DNA of 64,000 nt from a bacterium (GCA_043825985.1 JBDRRB010000018.1:16934-80933), one strand, 5' to 3'. Positions 18,573 to 29,892 are shown, numbered from the stretch's first letter. A program made the numbers and translations. Notes: generated from the letters alone by a model not told the origin.

Positions 18573-20330
18573 TTATTTTTCCAGGCGGTAGACGACGACG
18601 TCGTCGCCCTCCCGAAGGCCGGCGGTGATCTCGACGTGGTCGTCGGACTCCAGGCCGACGTCGACCGAGACGCGGCGCACCGCATCGCCGTCGCCGAGCA
18701 GCTCGACGTACGGACCGTCGCTGTCCCGACGGAGCGCCCGGACCGGGACGCGCAGGGCACCCGTCCGCCGATCGGTCTCGATCCCCAGGTCAGCGGTCAT
18801 GCCGGAGCGCAGGCGCTCGTCCTCGGCGTCGAACTTGACGGTCGTCTTGTAGAAGATGACGTTGTCGACCACTGTCTCGGCCGGCTGGATGGCGGTCACG
18901 GTACCGGTCCACGACTCGCCGCCCACGAACGCGTCCAGGGCCACCGAAACCGGATCGCCGACATGGAGCTTGGCGATGTCGATCTCCGAGATGTTGGCGA
19001 TGACCTCCAGGTTGCCCTTGGCGTTGAGCTCGACGACCGTCTGGCTGACCTGGACCCGTTCACCCAGCTCGACCGAGACCTTGGTCACCGTGCAGTCGAT
19101 CGGCGCTGAGACCAGCCGCTTGTTCAGGTCATTCTGCAGTCCGACCAGGCGGGCGCTCTCGGCCGCAACCGCCGCCCGCTGGGCCGCCACGCCCTCCGGA
19201 CGAACGCCGGCGCGCTTCAGGACGAGCGAGGCCTCGGCTTCGGCCAGCAGGCTCTCGTTGGTGGTGACGGTCTTCTCGGCGGTGTTCAGCGCGGCGACTG
19301 CGTTCGACACGCCGACCTCGGCGCTGATCAGGTCGGTATCGTTCTGCCGAACCTGAAGGTCCAGACCGGAACTGTCCGACAGCAGCGACTGCATGGCCGA
19401 CGACAGCGCGGCCCGCGCGGTGTTGGTGTTGGCCCGGTAGGTGGCGAGCGTAGTCGCGTCGACGCCGATGGCCGAGTTCAGGGCGGAGTTAACCGCCTCC
19501 AGGTAGGTCTTGACGCTCGACAGGTGCGGAACCATGTTCGCGTACTGCAGGCGCACCGTGTCCGGCGTCGGATCGGCCGCGGCCGTGATGCGGGCCGCCT
19601 CGATCGGAGCCAGGGCGTTCAGGGCGGCGCGCCGGGTGCTGATGGCGTCGTTCGAGGCCTGGGCGCTGTTGACGGAGAAGCTCAGGAAGCCGACCGAGTC
19701 GAAAAGCGGCGCGGTCAGGCGGTTCACGGCATCGTTGGCGGCGATGGACGCGTCGTCCATGTCGGTCAGAAAGGAATTGACCTTCACGCTGACCTGAATC
19801 TGGGCCTTCTCGCGCGCGTTGAGCAGGCTCTTCTGGGCATTGTCGAGCGCCACCTTGGCGTCGTCACGGGCCAGCCGGGAAGCCTCGAGCCGCGTCCGGG
19901 ACGTCTCGACCCCGCGTTCGGTCACCGCCAACTCGGCCTCGGTCGGACCGGCCTGGTACTCGGCCAGCTTGGCCTGGGCCGAAGCCAACGCGGCACGCTG
20001 GGCCAGTATCTGCGCCTCGATGTCCGCGGTGTCCAGGCGCACCAGCAGGTCCCCGGCCTTAACCTCCTGACCCTCGGCCACGGCGATCTCGGTCACCCGA
20101 CCGGACACCTCAGGCTGCAGCTCGATCTTCGAGCTGGGCGCGATCGATCCGGTCACCGAGATCACCTCGACCACGTCGCCGCGGTCGACCGCATAGGTCT
20201 CGTACTCGACCTTCGGCTGCCCCCCGAAGACGACCGACAGGACGACGATCAGGACCACGACGGCCCCGACCGCCGCCAGAATCTTCTTTCTCCGGCTAAG
20301 AACTGGAAATTTCATATTGTTGTCCGCCAC
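18573..20330 (-). CDS. Efflux periplasmic adaptor (MacA/HlyD-like) with long coiled coil
   Basis: TM; lipoyl half-motifs EVSGRVTEIAVAEGQEVKAGDLLV and SAPIDCTV; LRSGMTA. Confidence 0.88.
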   Translation of the reverse strand: MADNNMKFPVLSRRKKILAAVGAVVVLIVVLSVVFGGQPKVEYETYAVDRGDVVEVISVTGSIAPSSKIELQPEVSGRVTEIAVAEGQEVKAGDLLVRLDTADIEAQILAQRAALASAQAKLAEYQAGPTEAELAVTERGVETSRTRLEASRLARDDAKVALDNAQKSLLNAREKAQIQVSVKVNSFLTDMDDASIAANDAVNRLTAPLFDSVGFLSFSVNSAQASNDAISTRRAALNALAPIEAARITAAADPTPDTVRLQYANMVPHLSSVKTYLEAVNSALNSAIGVDATTLATYRANTNTARAALSSAMQSLLSDSSGLDLQVRQNDTDLISAEVGVSNAVAALNTAEKTVTTNESLLAEAEASLVLKRAGVRPEGVAAQRAAVAAESARLVGLQNDLNKRLVSAPIDCTVTKVSVELGERVQVSQTVVELNAKGNLEVIANISEIDIAKLHVGDPVSVALDAFVGGESWTGTVTAIQPAETVVDNVIFYKTTVKFDAEDERLRSGMTADLGIETDRRTGALRVPVRALRRDSDGPYVELLGDGDAVRRVSVDVGLESDDHVEITAGLREGDDVVVYRLEK

Positions 20331-20466
20331 AGCGCGCTAAACGAGGGAAAAACCGTTTCCATGACTGAATAATGATCCCGCTGCTTGAAAAGCGGGGAAC
20401 TTTAGACTAGGATAGCCTCATTTGGCCCGTAAATCAAGGGAGAACGCAAAAATCAGACCGACCTAA

Positions 20467-21411
20467 ATGATCGACTGGAAAGCCGAAAAAAAGCCGATAA
20501 TCGCCCTCGCGCCGATGGCCGACATGACCGACTCGGCCTTTTGCCGTATCGCCAAGCGTTGCGGGTGCCGGATCGTGTTCCGGGAGATGGTCAGCGCCGA
20601 GGCCCTGGTGCGCGAATCCGAGAAGACGCTGCGGATGGCCGACTTCCGCGAGGAGGAACGGCCGATCGTGCAGCAGGTCTTCGGCTCCGACCCGGCGATC
20701 ATGGCCGAGGCGGTCCGGCAGCTGGACGAACGGTTCGCCCCGGACGCCTTCGACATCAACATGGGCTGTCCGGCGACCAAGATCATCGGCGGGTTCAACG
20801 GCGCGGCGCTGATGCTGGAGCCGCAGCGGGCGGCGGAGATCGTCCGGTCGGTCAAGTCGGTGACCGGCCGAGAGGTCTCGGTCAAGACGCGCCTCGGATG
20901 GTCCGATCCGACCGAGATACTGGAGTTCGCCAAGGTGATCGAGGATGCCGGAGCAGACCTGATCTCGATCCACGGCCGGACCAAGAAGCAGGGCTATGCC
21001 GGAACCGCCGACTGGGAAATGATCGGCCGGGCCCGGAAGACGGTCAGCATTCCGATGCTCGCCAACGGCGACGTGTTCGGGCCGGACGACGCCGTGCGGG
21101 CCCTGCAGGTGACCGGCTGCGACGGACTGCTGGTGGCGCGGGGCAGCCTGGGCAATCCCTGGATATTCTCGCGCATCGAGGCGATGCTCGCCGGAAACGG
21201 TTCGGCCGGTCCGAGCGAAGACGAAAAGACGGCGACCGTGCTCGAGCATGCCCGACTTCACGCCGAACTGTACGGCGGAGAGAAGCCGCTGGTCACGTTC
21301 CGCAAGCACCTGGCCTGGTATTTCCGCGGCACGCCGGGAGCGAAGGCGCTGCGCGAACGGCTGATGCAGGTCGAGACGCTCTCCGACCTCGAACGCTGCC
21401 TGAGGGCGTAG
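20467..21411 (+). CDS. dusB: tRNA-dihydrouridine synthase (DusB-like)
   Basis: LAPMADMTD, DINMGCP, VKTRLGW, IHGRT, ANGDV, ARGSLGNPWIF. Confidence 0.9.
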   Translation: MIDWKAEKKPIIALAPMADMTDSAFCRIAKRCGCRIVFREMVSAEALVRESEKTLRMADFREEERPIVQQVFGSDPAIMAEAVRQLDERFAPDAFDINMGCPATKIIGGFNGAALMLEPQRAAEIVRSVKSVTGREVSVKTRLGWSDPTEILEFAKVIEDAGADLISIHGRTKKQGYAGTADWEMIGRARKTVSIPMLANGDVFGPDDAVRALQVTGCDGLLVARGSLGNPWIFSRIEAMLAGNGSAGPSEDEKTATVLEHARLHAELYGGEKPLVTFRKHLAWYFRGTPGAKALRERLMQVETLSDLERCLRA

Positions 21412-21503
21412 CGCGTCACCGTTCCGCCGGGCCGCCGCCGTCTCCCGTGACGGCGGCTTTTGAGCTATGCTGAACCGGTAAGCGACCCAAACCGACAGTC
21501 ATC

Positions 21504-22226
21504 ATGGACATCAGTGACCAAGAACGACACGCATCGCACCGTCGGGCGGCCATCGGCCTGAGCCTGACGCTGCTGCTGCTGCTCACGGCGACGGTCGCCG
21601 GAATGGAGGCGTTCGCGCCGGACGGCGAATCGGCGCAGGTGCCAAGGACGAATCGAGCGGCTCGACCTGAAGGAAACGGAGCGGCCGAACAGGAAATTCG
21701 ACCAGCCGAACCGCTCCAGGCCGCGCTGGCCCCGACCGGCACGGAGGCCGTAGCCCGCGGACACGTCAGCCGGACGCTGGCCCTGGCATCAGCCGATGAC
21801 GGAACGGCGACCGGACAGCCGTCAGATGACAGTGAACCGGCCGGCGGCGGCACCGTGCAGGAAGGCAGCAGGCCCAGCTCCGAAGTGTCCGCAGCGGAGA
21901 CGCAAACAGACACGACGTCTCAGACTGGGATCGGCAGCAGCAGTTCCGGATCGTCGTCAGGCGGTAGCTCCGGACAGTCGTCCGGCAACAGTGCGGACAC
22001 GAACGACGACATCGAGGACAACGGCAACGACAGTGCCGATCCGTCTAGTTCAACAGCAGAAACCGATCAGGATCAGGATCCGGAACAGAGCGCCGTCGAC
22101 TCCCTGATCGAGGCACTGACCGGATTCTGGCTAAGGCTCTGGGAGACTGTCCGGGACGCAGCCATCGGACTGGCCGGATGGACCAGGGAGACGTTCGACG
22201 TCCGGGTCGAGGAAGGTTCGCAATGA
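21504..22226 (+). CDS. Hypothetical exported Ser/Gly/Asp-rich protein
   Basis: N-terminal TM and a low-complexity middle region. Confidence 0.5.
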   Translation: MDISDQERHASHRRAAIGLSLTLLLLLTATVAGMEAFAPDGESAQVPRTNRAARPEGNGAAEQEIRPAEPLQAALAPTGTEAVARGHVSRTLALASADDGTATGQPSDDSEPAGGGTVQEGSRPSSEVSAAETQTDTTSQTGIGSSSSGSSSGGSSGQSSGNSADTNDDIEDNGNDSADPSSSTAETDQDQDPEQSAVDSLIEALTGFWLRLWETVRDAAIGLAGWTRETFDVRVEEGSQ

Positions 22227-22343
22227 TCAAACTCCGCCAACCAAAACCAGCCGCGTTGGACCGACCGATATCGTCCGTCACCACAAACCAAAACGCGCCC
22301 CTAAAGGGACGCGCTTTCTTTTTATCGAGGGCCGACACTGCCG

Positions 22344-23408
22344 CTAGGCAGTTCCGTCTGACTCCGGTTCCGCACTTACATCCGAAACCTGCTGACGGAA
22401 ACGTCGCTCGTAGATGTCGTAGAGAGCCAAGGTCACGGCCAGGGTCAGCGGTCCGAGGATGAAGCCGGAGAAGCCGTAGAACTTCAGGCCGCCGAGGATC
22501 GACAGTAGGATCAGGAGCGGATGGATCTTGGTCTGACTCTCGACCAGCTTCGGCTGAAGGAAGTTGTCGACCGTGCCGATGAGGGCGACCGACACCAGCA
22601 GCAGCCCGACGGCGGCGGCCACGTGTCCGGTCAGCAGCAGGTAGGCGGCAGCCGGGACGGTGGTCAATGAGATGCCGAAGATCGGGACGAACGACGCGAT
22701 GCCGGTCATGCCGCCCCAGAAGAGCGGCGCCGGGACGCCGAACATCCAGAAGAAGAAACCGGCCAGGATGCCCTTGATGATGCCCATGATGAGGATACCG
22801 CCCATGACCGCGCGGACGGCCACGCTGACCCGACTGAACATGACCTCGTCGTACTCGTCGGCCAGGGGTGAGATGGCCAGCAGCTTCTTCTTGATCCGCG
22901 AACCGTCCTTGAGCAGGTAGTAGACCGAGATCAGCATCACCAGGAAGCCGAACACGATCGAGAAGGCGTTCGAGAACAGGCCGAGCAGGTTCGAGGACAG
23001 CGACTGGGCCATCCCGCTGGCCAACGATACGGCCTGCTCGATGAGGCGCGGAATCTGCGAATGCAGGTTCTGCGGCAGAATCCCGGCCAGATACTCCGGT
23101 ACGCTGAAGACCGTCAGCTGACCCTTCAGGTCGGCGAACACCCCGACCAGCTCGCTGGCCAGCGCAGCCAGGAAGAAGGACAGCGGCAGCAGCACGACCA
23201 GGGCTACGAAGATTACGGTCAGGAAGGCGGCGGACACCTCGGACTTGAATATCCGGTTGAGGCTCCGATAGAGCGGACGGGTGACTATGGCCAGCACGCC
23301 GCCGAAGGCCAGCAGGGTCAAATAGGGCTTAAATACGAGCAAAGTCAGGACAGTGCTCAGTCCCAAGGTGACCAGGAAAAAGATTGTCTCGTATCTCTTT
23401 TGGCTCAT
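22344..23408 (-). CDS. AI-2E family transporter
   Basis: Multi-TM; YYLLKDG, DNFLQPKLV, IHPLLILLSILGG..FG..GFILGP. Confidence 0.9.
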   Translation of the reverse strand: MSQKRYETIFFLVTLGLSTVLTLLVFKPYLTLLAFGGVLAIVTRPLYRSLNRIFKSEVSAAFLTVIFVALVVLLPLSFFLAALASELVGVFADLKGQLTVFSVPEYLAGILPQNLHSQIPRLIEQAVSLASGMAQSLSSNLLGLFSNAFSIVFGFLVMLISVYYLLKDGSRIKKKLLAISPLADEYDEVMFSRVSVAVRAVMGGILIMGIIKGILAGFFFWMFGVPAPLFWGGMTGIASFVPIFGISLTTVPAAAYLLLTGHVAAAVGLLLVSVALIGTVDNFLQPKLVESQTKIHPLLILLSILGGLKFYGFSGFILGPLTLAVTLALYDIYERRFRQQVSDVSAEPESDGTA

Positions 23409-23556
23409 AACACCTTAAGTATAGCAAAAAATCGGCCCCTCCGCCAGCCCCCCCACCCGACATGGCCGATGCAGCCGAGACCTAAAACAAAAGCCGAGTC
23501 GACCGACGCGGTTCGATGCTGGCCGTCGTTTTTGACAGAAAATCCAGTCAGTCGCG

Positions 23557-24528
23557 CTAGTCCGCGAACTCGAGGACGAACATCCGACCCCGACTGCCGG
23601 CGTTCATGACTCCCACGCCGACCCTGGCATGGGCCGACGAAAGAGCGGCCGAGACGAATTCCTGGTTGGCGGTCAAACCCCGAAAGACCAAGTCGACGTC
23701 CGGCGCATGGGCCAGGCTCTCAGTCAGCCGAACGAACGCGATCCCGGAGTCGGTCGCCCGATTGTCCGGCGTCCGGCCTTCGGGCGTAAGAGACGAGAGG
23801 TAGCCGCGGACGAACATGTCGTCGCCGTGCCGACGGGCCACGGCCACGAGCGACTGGTCCATGACCAACGGACGCAGTCCTTCGGACTGACGCCGTTCGT
23901 TCAGCCGCGCAAACAGTTCTTCCTCGGCCAACGTGTCCGGAAACGTCTCGACAGTCGAAGGCCAGAGCACGACCGCGGTTCCGCTGCCGCCGGGCGAAGA
24001 GAAGGCCAGGCTCTCGTAGGCGTCCGAACCTCCGGTCAGGCGGGCACCGAACGACTCGACGGTCTGGGCCGACCGAACGAGCGCCGAACCAGACCTGGAC
24101 AGCATGACCTTCTGCTTGACCGACACCGGAAACTGGAACGACAGCAGCAAAGACAGGACGAACATGGCCAGAACCGGCACCTCGACCGCCGCAACCAGCG
24201 CACCGACCGGCTTAGTCCATGACGACTTCGACCAGCAGGTCGACGAACGGGAATGCAGAAAACTGAAGATCGGGGGAACGACGATCTCCGCCGCCGCCCA
24301 AACCGCCAGGAACGACAGCGGCTTGCCCAACGGATACGGCAGGCCGAATACGTCGGCCAGGAGACGGGCAGCCGGAACGTACGACAGCAGCGCCAGCAGC
24401 AGCCCGGCGACCAGTCCGGACATCTCCAAGACTACGGCCGCCGCACCCTTGCGGTAGCCATGCAGCAGAAAGACGAGCGCTGCGGCCAGCAGCCCGAAAT
24501 CCACCAAATTCAACGCCATGTTTGGCAT
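23557..24528 (-). CDS. CvpA-family membrane domain fused to a CAP/SCP domain
   Basis: LHGYRKG TM region; LNERRQSEGLRPL...VARRHGDDM...VGVGV. Confidence 0.75.
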   Translation of the reverse strand: MPNMALNLVDFGLLAAALVFLLHGYRKGAAAVVLEMSGLVAGLLLALLSYVPAARLLADVFGLPYPLGKPLSFLAVWAAAEIVVPPIFSFLHSRSSTCWSKSSWTKPVGALVAAVEVPVLAMFVLSLLLSFQFPVSVKQKVMLSRSGSALVRSAQTVESFGARLTGGSDAYESLAFSSPGGSGTAVVLWPSTVETFPDTLAEEELFARLNERRQSEGLRPLVMDQSLVAVARRHGDDMFVRGYLSSLTPEGRTPDNRATDSGIAFVRLTESLAHAPDVDLVFRGLTANQEFVSAALSSAHARVGVGVMNAGSRGRMFVLEFAD

Positions 24529-24645
24529 GACTGCATTATAACAGAAGGCGCGACGCGACGGCCGAACGGCCCCGCCGAATCCGACGCTTCCAGATCGTGA
24601 CTCATGCCAAACGAAAAGGACGTCCCGATTCGAGACGTCCTGCGT

Positions 24646-25683
24646 TCAGTTCAGGCTGATGTGCTCCCAAGGAAACTCGTCGCGGCCGAAGTGCCCGTAG
24701 GCGGCGGTCGCGCGGTAGATCGGCCGGCGCAGACCGAGCCGCTCGATGATGGCCATCGGCCGGAAGTCAAAATGCTCCCGGAGATATTCGGACAGGTCAC
24801 GTCCGTCGCCCGACCGGGCCTCGAGCATGACCGGCTCCTCACGACCGATGGCGTAGGCCACCGTCACCAGGCAGCTCCTGGCCACGCCGTTCGCGACGAT
24901 GTTCTTGGCCGCAAACCGGGCCATGTAGGCCGCCGAACGGTCGACCTTGGTCGGATCCTTGCCGGAGAACGCGCCGCCGCCGTGCGGCATGAGCCCGCCG
25001 TAGGTGTCGACCATGATCTTGCGTCCGGTCAGTCCGGTGTCGGCCGAAAAGCCGCCGACCGAGAACGAGCCGGTCGGATTGATCAGCAGCCGGGAGTCGT
25101 CCATCTCCCCGACGGTCGGAAGTATCAGGTGTTCCTTCAGGAGCGACCTGACCTTCTCCGGATCGGTACCCTCGGCATGCTGAGCCGACACGACGACCGT
25201 CTGCACCCGTGAACCGTCGACCGTCACCTGGGTCTTGCCGTCCGGCCGCAGCCACTTGAACTCGGAATGATGACGGCGCAGATTCCCCAGCCCCCAGGAA
25301 AGCCGATGGGCCAGCACCATGCACTCGGGCAGGTACTCCGGCGTCTCCGCCGTGGCGTATCCGTACATGATGCCCTGATCCCCCGCCCCGCCGAGATCAA
25401 CGCCGCGGGCGATGTCCGGCGACTGCTCCTCGATGTTGGTGAATACCTCGATGTCGTCCTCGTAGCCGATCTCCTTATAGACGGCCTGCGCCACCTGCGC
25501 CGGATCGACCTCGGCCATCGACGTCACCTCCCCGCCGACCATCACCGCCCCGTGGGAACCGAAAACCTCCACCGCCACGCGGCTGCGGGGATCCTTGGCC
25601 AGATAGGCATCAAGGATGGCGTCGGCGATCTGATCACAGATCTTGTCCGGATGCCCTTCGGTGACCGATTCGACTGTCTTCAT
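24646..25683 (-). CDS. metK: S-adenosylmethionine synthetase
   Basis: ESVTEGHPDKICDQI, GAGDQGIMYGY, GGGAFSGKDPTKVDRS. Confidence 0.97.
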   Translation of the reverse strand: MKTVESVTEGHPDKICDQIADAILDAYLAKDPRSRVAVEVFGSHGAVMVGGEVTSMAEVDPAQVAQAVYKEIGYEDDIEVFTNIEEQSPDIARGVDLGGAGDQGIMYGYATAETPEYLPECMVLAHRLSWGLGNLRRHHSEFKWLRPDGKTQVTVDGSRVQTVVVSAQHAEGTDPEKVRSLLKEHLILPTVGEMDDSRLLINPTGSFSVGGFSADTGLTGRKIMVDTYGGLMPHGGGAFSGKDPTKVDRSAAYMARFAAKNIVANGVARSCLVTVAYAIGREEPVMLEARSGDGRDLSEYLREHFDFRPMAIIERLGLRRPIYRATAAYGHFGRDEFPWEHISLN

Positions 25684-25869
25684 AGTTATGGAAACCGCCT
25701 CGACACGGCGATGGGCTGCCTTCAGGACGCCAGAAAGGTCCAAACGGCCAAAATAGCGCCCACCTTCAGGAGCCTACCTTATATGATCGTCCGCCTTACC
25801 GCAAGAATTCACTCAACAGTCGAAAACGGGAGCGATCTGGGGGTCCGGCGAGTCGACCGGCCGGACGAT

Positions 25870-28014
25870 TCAGACGTCGCGAAGATACGAACCCTTCTTC
25901 TTCCAGCTGGCCACGCGACGCCTGACGGCGCTCATCTCGCCCAGGTCATCGACCTCGATCGTCTCGTCCTCGTAGTCGGGGTCGGCATAGAGATGGACCG
26001 AACCGGACCCCGAACGTCCGCCGTCTGATTCGTCGTCCGGAAAGTCGAGGCACGAACGGTCGGCCTCGGTGATAAACATCGACGGGTACTCGATCCCGCC
26101 GTCAAAGCCGGCCCGTCGCGGATAGCACAGGAACAGCCGCTGCCTGGCCCGGGTGACGGCGACGTAAAACAGGCGCCGCTCCTCCTCCAGACCGCCCGGC
26201 TCGGCGAACGCCCGCTGGTTGGGAAAGCCGGAGCCGGTCAGGTGCATGACGAAGACGGTGTCCCATTCGAGTCCCTTGGCCTGATGGATGGTCGACAGCA
26301 CGACCTGCCGTCCCTGGTTCCGGCTGCGGCCGCCGTTCCGCGAATGGACCGCGTCGTTCAGCGCGACCTCGGCCAGGAAGTCCACGACCTTCTCGTAGCC
26401 GTCGGCGAAGGCCGCGAGCTGGCCCAGGTCCTCGAGCCGCTCGCGCGAGTTGGGGTATTCCGAATTCAGGTAGCTGACATAGGGCGAGTCGAGGAGGGCC
26501 CGGACCATGTCGGCCGGACGTCCGGCTGCTGCCGAGACTCCTTCGAGCGTGGTGCGCAGGTCGCGCCAGCCGACGGCCGCGCGGCGTCCGGCGATCGACT
26601 CGACGGCCGGCGACAGCAGCGCCTGCTCGAGCGAGCCGAACGACAGCACGGCGGCGAAGATTCGGTCAGCGGTGACGTCGCCGATCCCCTGCTGGAACGA
26701 CAGCACCCGCCGCCAGGCCGCCTCGTCCGCCAGGTTGCTGGTCAGCCGCAGGAAGGCCAGCGCGTCCTTGACGTGGGCCCGCTCGAAGAAACGCAGCCCG
26801 CCCCGGTACTCGTACTCCAGGCCGCGCCGCATCAGCTCGAACTCCAGCGCCTGCGAGTGGTGGGTGGCACGGAACAGCACGGCGATCTCCCTCGGGTCGA
26901 CCGCCGCGGACGACACCAGGTCGGCGATCCGGTCGGCGATGTAGGCGGCCTCGGCGGCGACCGACGGCAGCGACATGACGCGCGGCAGCGACGATCCCGG
27001 ACGGACGGCCCGCAGGCGCTTGGGAAACTGGTCGACGTTACGGGAGATGACGTCGTTCGCCAAGTCGAGTATCTCGGGAGTCGAACGATAGTTGGTCTCC
27101 AGCCGGAACTGACGGGCGCCGGGAAAGTGCTGCGGGAAGTCGAGGATGTTCCTGACGTTCGCCGCCCGAAATGAATAGATGCTCTGGGCGTCGTCGCCGA
27201 CCGCCAGCACGTTTCCGTGCGCCTCGGAAAGCAGGCGCACGATGCTGTCCTGGAGGGCGTTCGTGTCCTGGTACTCGTCGACCAGGATGAAACGAAAGCG
27301 AGACGAAACTGACTTCCGCACGTCCGCCTCGTCCGACAGCAAAAAGTACAGGTGCAGCAGCAGGTCGTCGAAGTCCATGGCGTTGCCGTCCCGCTTCTTG
27401 CGGTCGTACGTCTCGAGCACGCCGACGATGTCCCTCTCCAGGTGCATGAAGTCCGGATACTTCCGTTCCAGTACCGAACTGACCGACACCATGGCGTTCT
27501 TGGCGTAGCTGGCCACGGACTGCACCACGGCCGGCGACGGGAAACGGCTCTCCTTAGTGTCGAGGACCAGCTCGCGGATGCAGGCCTTGACCATCGTCTT
27601 GGCGTCCTCCTGGTCGAGGATGGTGAAATTGGGACGGAAGCCTAGGCGTTCGGCGTGCTGCCGGAGCAGCCGATTGGCGACCGAATGAAAGGTGCCGCCC
27701 CACAGGCCGCCGACGTCGCCGCGGCCGGAGAGCAGCTCGGTGATGCGGCCCATCATCTCGTCGGCCGCCTTGTTGGTGAAGGTCAGGAGCAGGATCTCTT
27801 CCGGCCGGACACCCTGACCGATCAGGTGGGCCACGCGGTAGACGACCGTCCTGGTCTTGCCCGAACCGGCGCCGGCCAGCACCAGGCAGTGCCCGTCGCC
27901 CTCAGTCACGGCCCGGTACTGCTCGTCGTTCAGCAGGTTCCGAAAGTCAGCCGACGTCTCCGTCCGTCCGTCGGCCTTCGGTGTCCTGACCCTGGTCGTC
28001 GTGTCTCCGCTCAT
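25870..28014 (-). CDS. UvrD/PcrA-family ATP-dependent DNA helicase
   Basis: LAGAGSGKT, DEYQD, VGDDAQSIYSFR, NYRST, TIHQAKGLEW, EERRLFYVAVTRA. Confidence 0.93.
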   Translation of the reverse strand: MSGDTTTRVRTPKADGRTETSADFRNLLNDEQYRAVTEGDGHCLVLAGAGSGKTRTVVYRVAHLIGQGVRPEEILLLTFTNKAADEMMGRITELLSGRGDVGGLWGGTFHSVANRLLRQHAERLGFRPNFTILDQEDAKTMVKACIRELVLDTKESRFPSPAVVQSVASYAKNAMVSVSSVLERKYPDFMHLERDIVGVLETYDRKKRDGNAMDFDDLLLHLYFLLSDEADVRKSVSSRFRFILVDEYQDTNALQDSIVRLLSEAHGNVLAVGDDAQSIYSFRAANVRNILDFPQHFPGARQFRLETNYRSTPEILDLANDVISRNVDQFPKRLRAVRPGSSLPRVMSLPSVAAEAAYIADRIADLVSSAAVDPREIAVLFRATHHSQALEFELMRRGLEYEYRGGLRFFERAHVKDALAFLRLTSNLADEAAWRRVLSFQQGIGDVTADRIFAAVLSFGSLEQALLSPAVESIAGRRAAVGWRDLRTTLEGVSAAAGRPADMVRALLDSPYVSYLNSEYPNSRERLEDLGQLAAFADGYEKVVDFLAEVALNDAVHSRNGGRSRNQGRQVVLSTIHQAKGLEWDTVFVMHLTGSGFPNQRAFAEPGGLEEERRLFYVAVTRARQRLFLCYPRRAGFDGGIEYPSMFITEADRSCLDFPDDESDGGRSGSGSVHLYADPDYEDETIEVDDLGEMSAVRRRVASWKKKGSYLRDV

Positions 28015-28134
28015 GCGTCTGTCGTTAATGGGCCCGAGCCCGCAATGGTCTCCACTATACAGTCGTCCGGACAGGCCGGGCAAACCGCAAAAGGCGGAAC
28101 CGCGAGCCCGAGCCGCCGGTCCCGCCGAAACCGC

Positions 28135-29892
28135 TCACCATGAGCCGCCTCCGCCGCCGCCGGAACCGCCGCCCGACGACCCGCCGGAGAATCCGCTGCC
28201 GCCGGAACTGCGCTGCGGACTCGCGGTCACGGCCCGGGTCAGGCCGGACTGCAGCCCACCCAACGAGCGGGACAGAACGACGGCGTTGAACCCGGAGGCG
28301 AACGACTGGCCCCGATACCAGTCCGGACGGGGCAGGGTCATGTCCTTGAACGCCTCGGACCACCGGTCGACCACGCCGAAGACCATGGCGTACGGCAGGA
28401 ACCTCTCGAAGACATGCTCGTCCTCCTGCCACCTGAGCCGATACCTCTCGGCCGTGTTCAGGTACTCGCGGAAGCCGCGCAGATGCTCCAGGGCCTGCAC
28501 GCCCTTCTTGGTCCGACGGGGCATCCGCGACCCGAAAGCCAAGACGACTATTCCGGTCAGAACCAGACCGATCGACACCAGCAGAAGGTTGGCCGTAGTG
28601 TCGACCACCAGAAGAAACGTGCCCGCAAACATGGAAAACGCCCCGGCCAGGAACAGCAGGAAGGCGAACTTGTAGTACCGCTGCCTGACCTTGTCCGGAC
28701 TTCGGTCAAAGTAGCCGCCGTTGACCAGTTGGCCGTACAGCCGCCGCTGCAGCAGCCCCAAGGCCTGGTCAAACTTGTAGTCGTCGGCCAGCTCGTTTAG
28801 GGTGGCCTCCTTACGCGGACCGAACATGACCTTCAGCACCTTGATCTCGTGAGGGCGGAGCGACTCGTCTTCACGGAAGTCGCCGCGCAGCAGGTCGAAC
28901 CGGTAGTCCTGCCGGCTGAGCAGACGCTTCGGGAGTTCGGTGATCATCAGGTATCCGCGGACGGCCAGGTCGACGATGGTGGCGCTGACGTCCAGCGCAT
29001 CGGCCCGCTCGTCCTGAAGGGTGCCGACCTCGGCCGGCGTCAGACCGTCCGGCTGCTCATACTGAACGACCAGCGTGCCCGATCCCTGCGGGTCCCGGCC
29101 GCGACGCCGCCAAATACCCAACATGACGGCCAGGACCAGCAGAGGGCAGGCAAGACCGATCACCAAGCCGAACGTGTTCGGCCATACATAGTCGTTCCAA
29201 AAACTGGCCGGAATCGGCTCGATGACCGCGACTGCACCCTTGGGGCCCCAACCGGCGACCACGGTCAGCGGACCCTCGTCGGCGGAAAACCGAACGGTAC
29301 GGCCGAGCGTGTCGAACCGACAGTCGCTCTCGGTCGATCCCAGCGGTCCGGTGTAGCAGGTGGCCGACAGGCTGCCCGGATCGACAGAGTCCGGCAGGCT
29401 CACGGTGGCCGTAACCTGTCGGAGCGGCACCTCCCAGTCGTGACCGGTCACGTTCCAGTAGACCTCGTCGTGGTCGTCGAAATAACGGACCGCGCCGCTG
29501 ACGCGGTAGGTGATGACGTAACGCCGGACGCCGGATATCGTCACGTCCGGGTCACCGATCACGATCCTGATCGCCGCTGCCGAACGATCCAGTTCGTACG
29601 GCGCGCCGTCGACCGACAGCACTTCGATCGGCACGGTGACCTGACGCCCGTCCTCCATCTCGTAGCGAATCGGCAGGTCGCGAAAGATTCCGTGGCGCGG
29701 GGACGGGAACCGGTAATCGATGGTCTCGACCACGGTCATGGTGCCGTCGCCGTGCACGGTCACGGCGGACGAGAAGGCGGATACCTCCTCGTAGTATTCG
29801 ACCTGCGCCGACGTCGAGAGCGGCCGGACGACGACGGTCAGGGCGACCGCCAGGCAAAACAAACCGACGATGAACGACCTGCTTTTTAGCAT
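28135..29892 (-). CDS. DUF2207 membrane protein
   Basis: HGIFRDLP, YWNVTG, LPYAMVFG, C-terminal GGGSGGGGGGSW. Confidence 0.88.
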   Translation of the reverse strand: MLKSRSFIVGLFCLAVALTVVVRPLSTSAQVEYYEEVSAFSSAVTVHGDGTMTVVETIDYRFPSPRHGIFRDLPIRYEMEDGRQVTVPIEVLSVDGAPYELDRSAAAIRIVIGDPDVTISGVRRYVITYRVSGAVRYFDDHDEVYWNVTGHDWEVPLRQVTATVSLPDSVDPGSLSATCYTGPLGSTESDCRFDTLGRTVRFSADEGPLTVVAGWGPKGAVAVIEPIPASFWNDYVWPNTFGLVIGLACPLLVLAVMLGIWRRRGRDPQGSGTLVVQYEQPDGLTPAEVGTLQDERADALDVSATIVDLAVRGYLMITELPKRLLSRQDYRFDLLRGDFREDESLRPHEIKVLKVMFGPRKEATLNELADDYKFDQALGLLQRRLYGQLVNGGYFDRSPDKVRQRYYKFAFLLFLAGAFSMFAGTFLLVVDTTANLLLVSIGLVLTGIVVLAFGSRMPRRTKKGVQALEHLRGFREYLNTAERYRLRWQEDEHVFERFLPYAMVFGVVDRWSEAFKDMTLPRPDWYRGQSFASGFNAVVLSRSLGGLQSGLTRAVTASPQRSSGGSGFSGGSSGGGSGGGGGGSW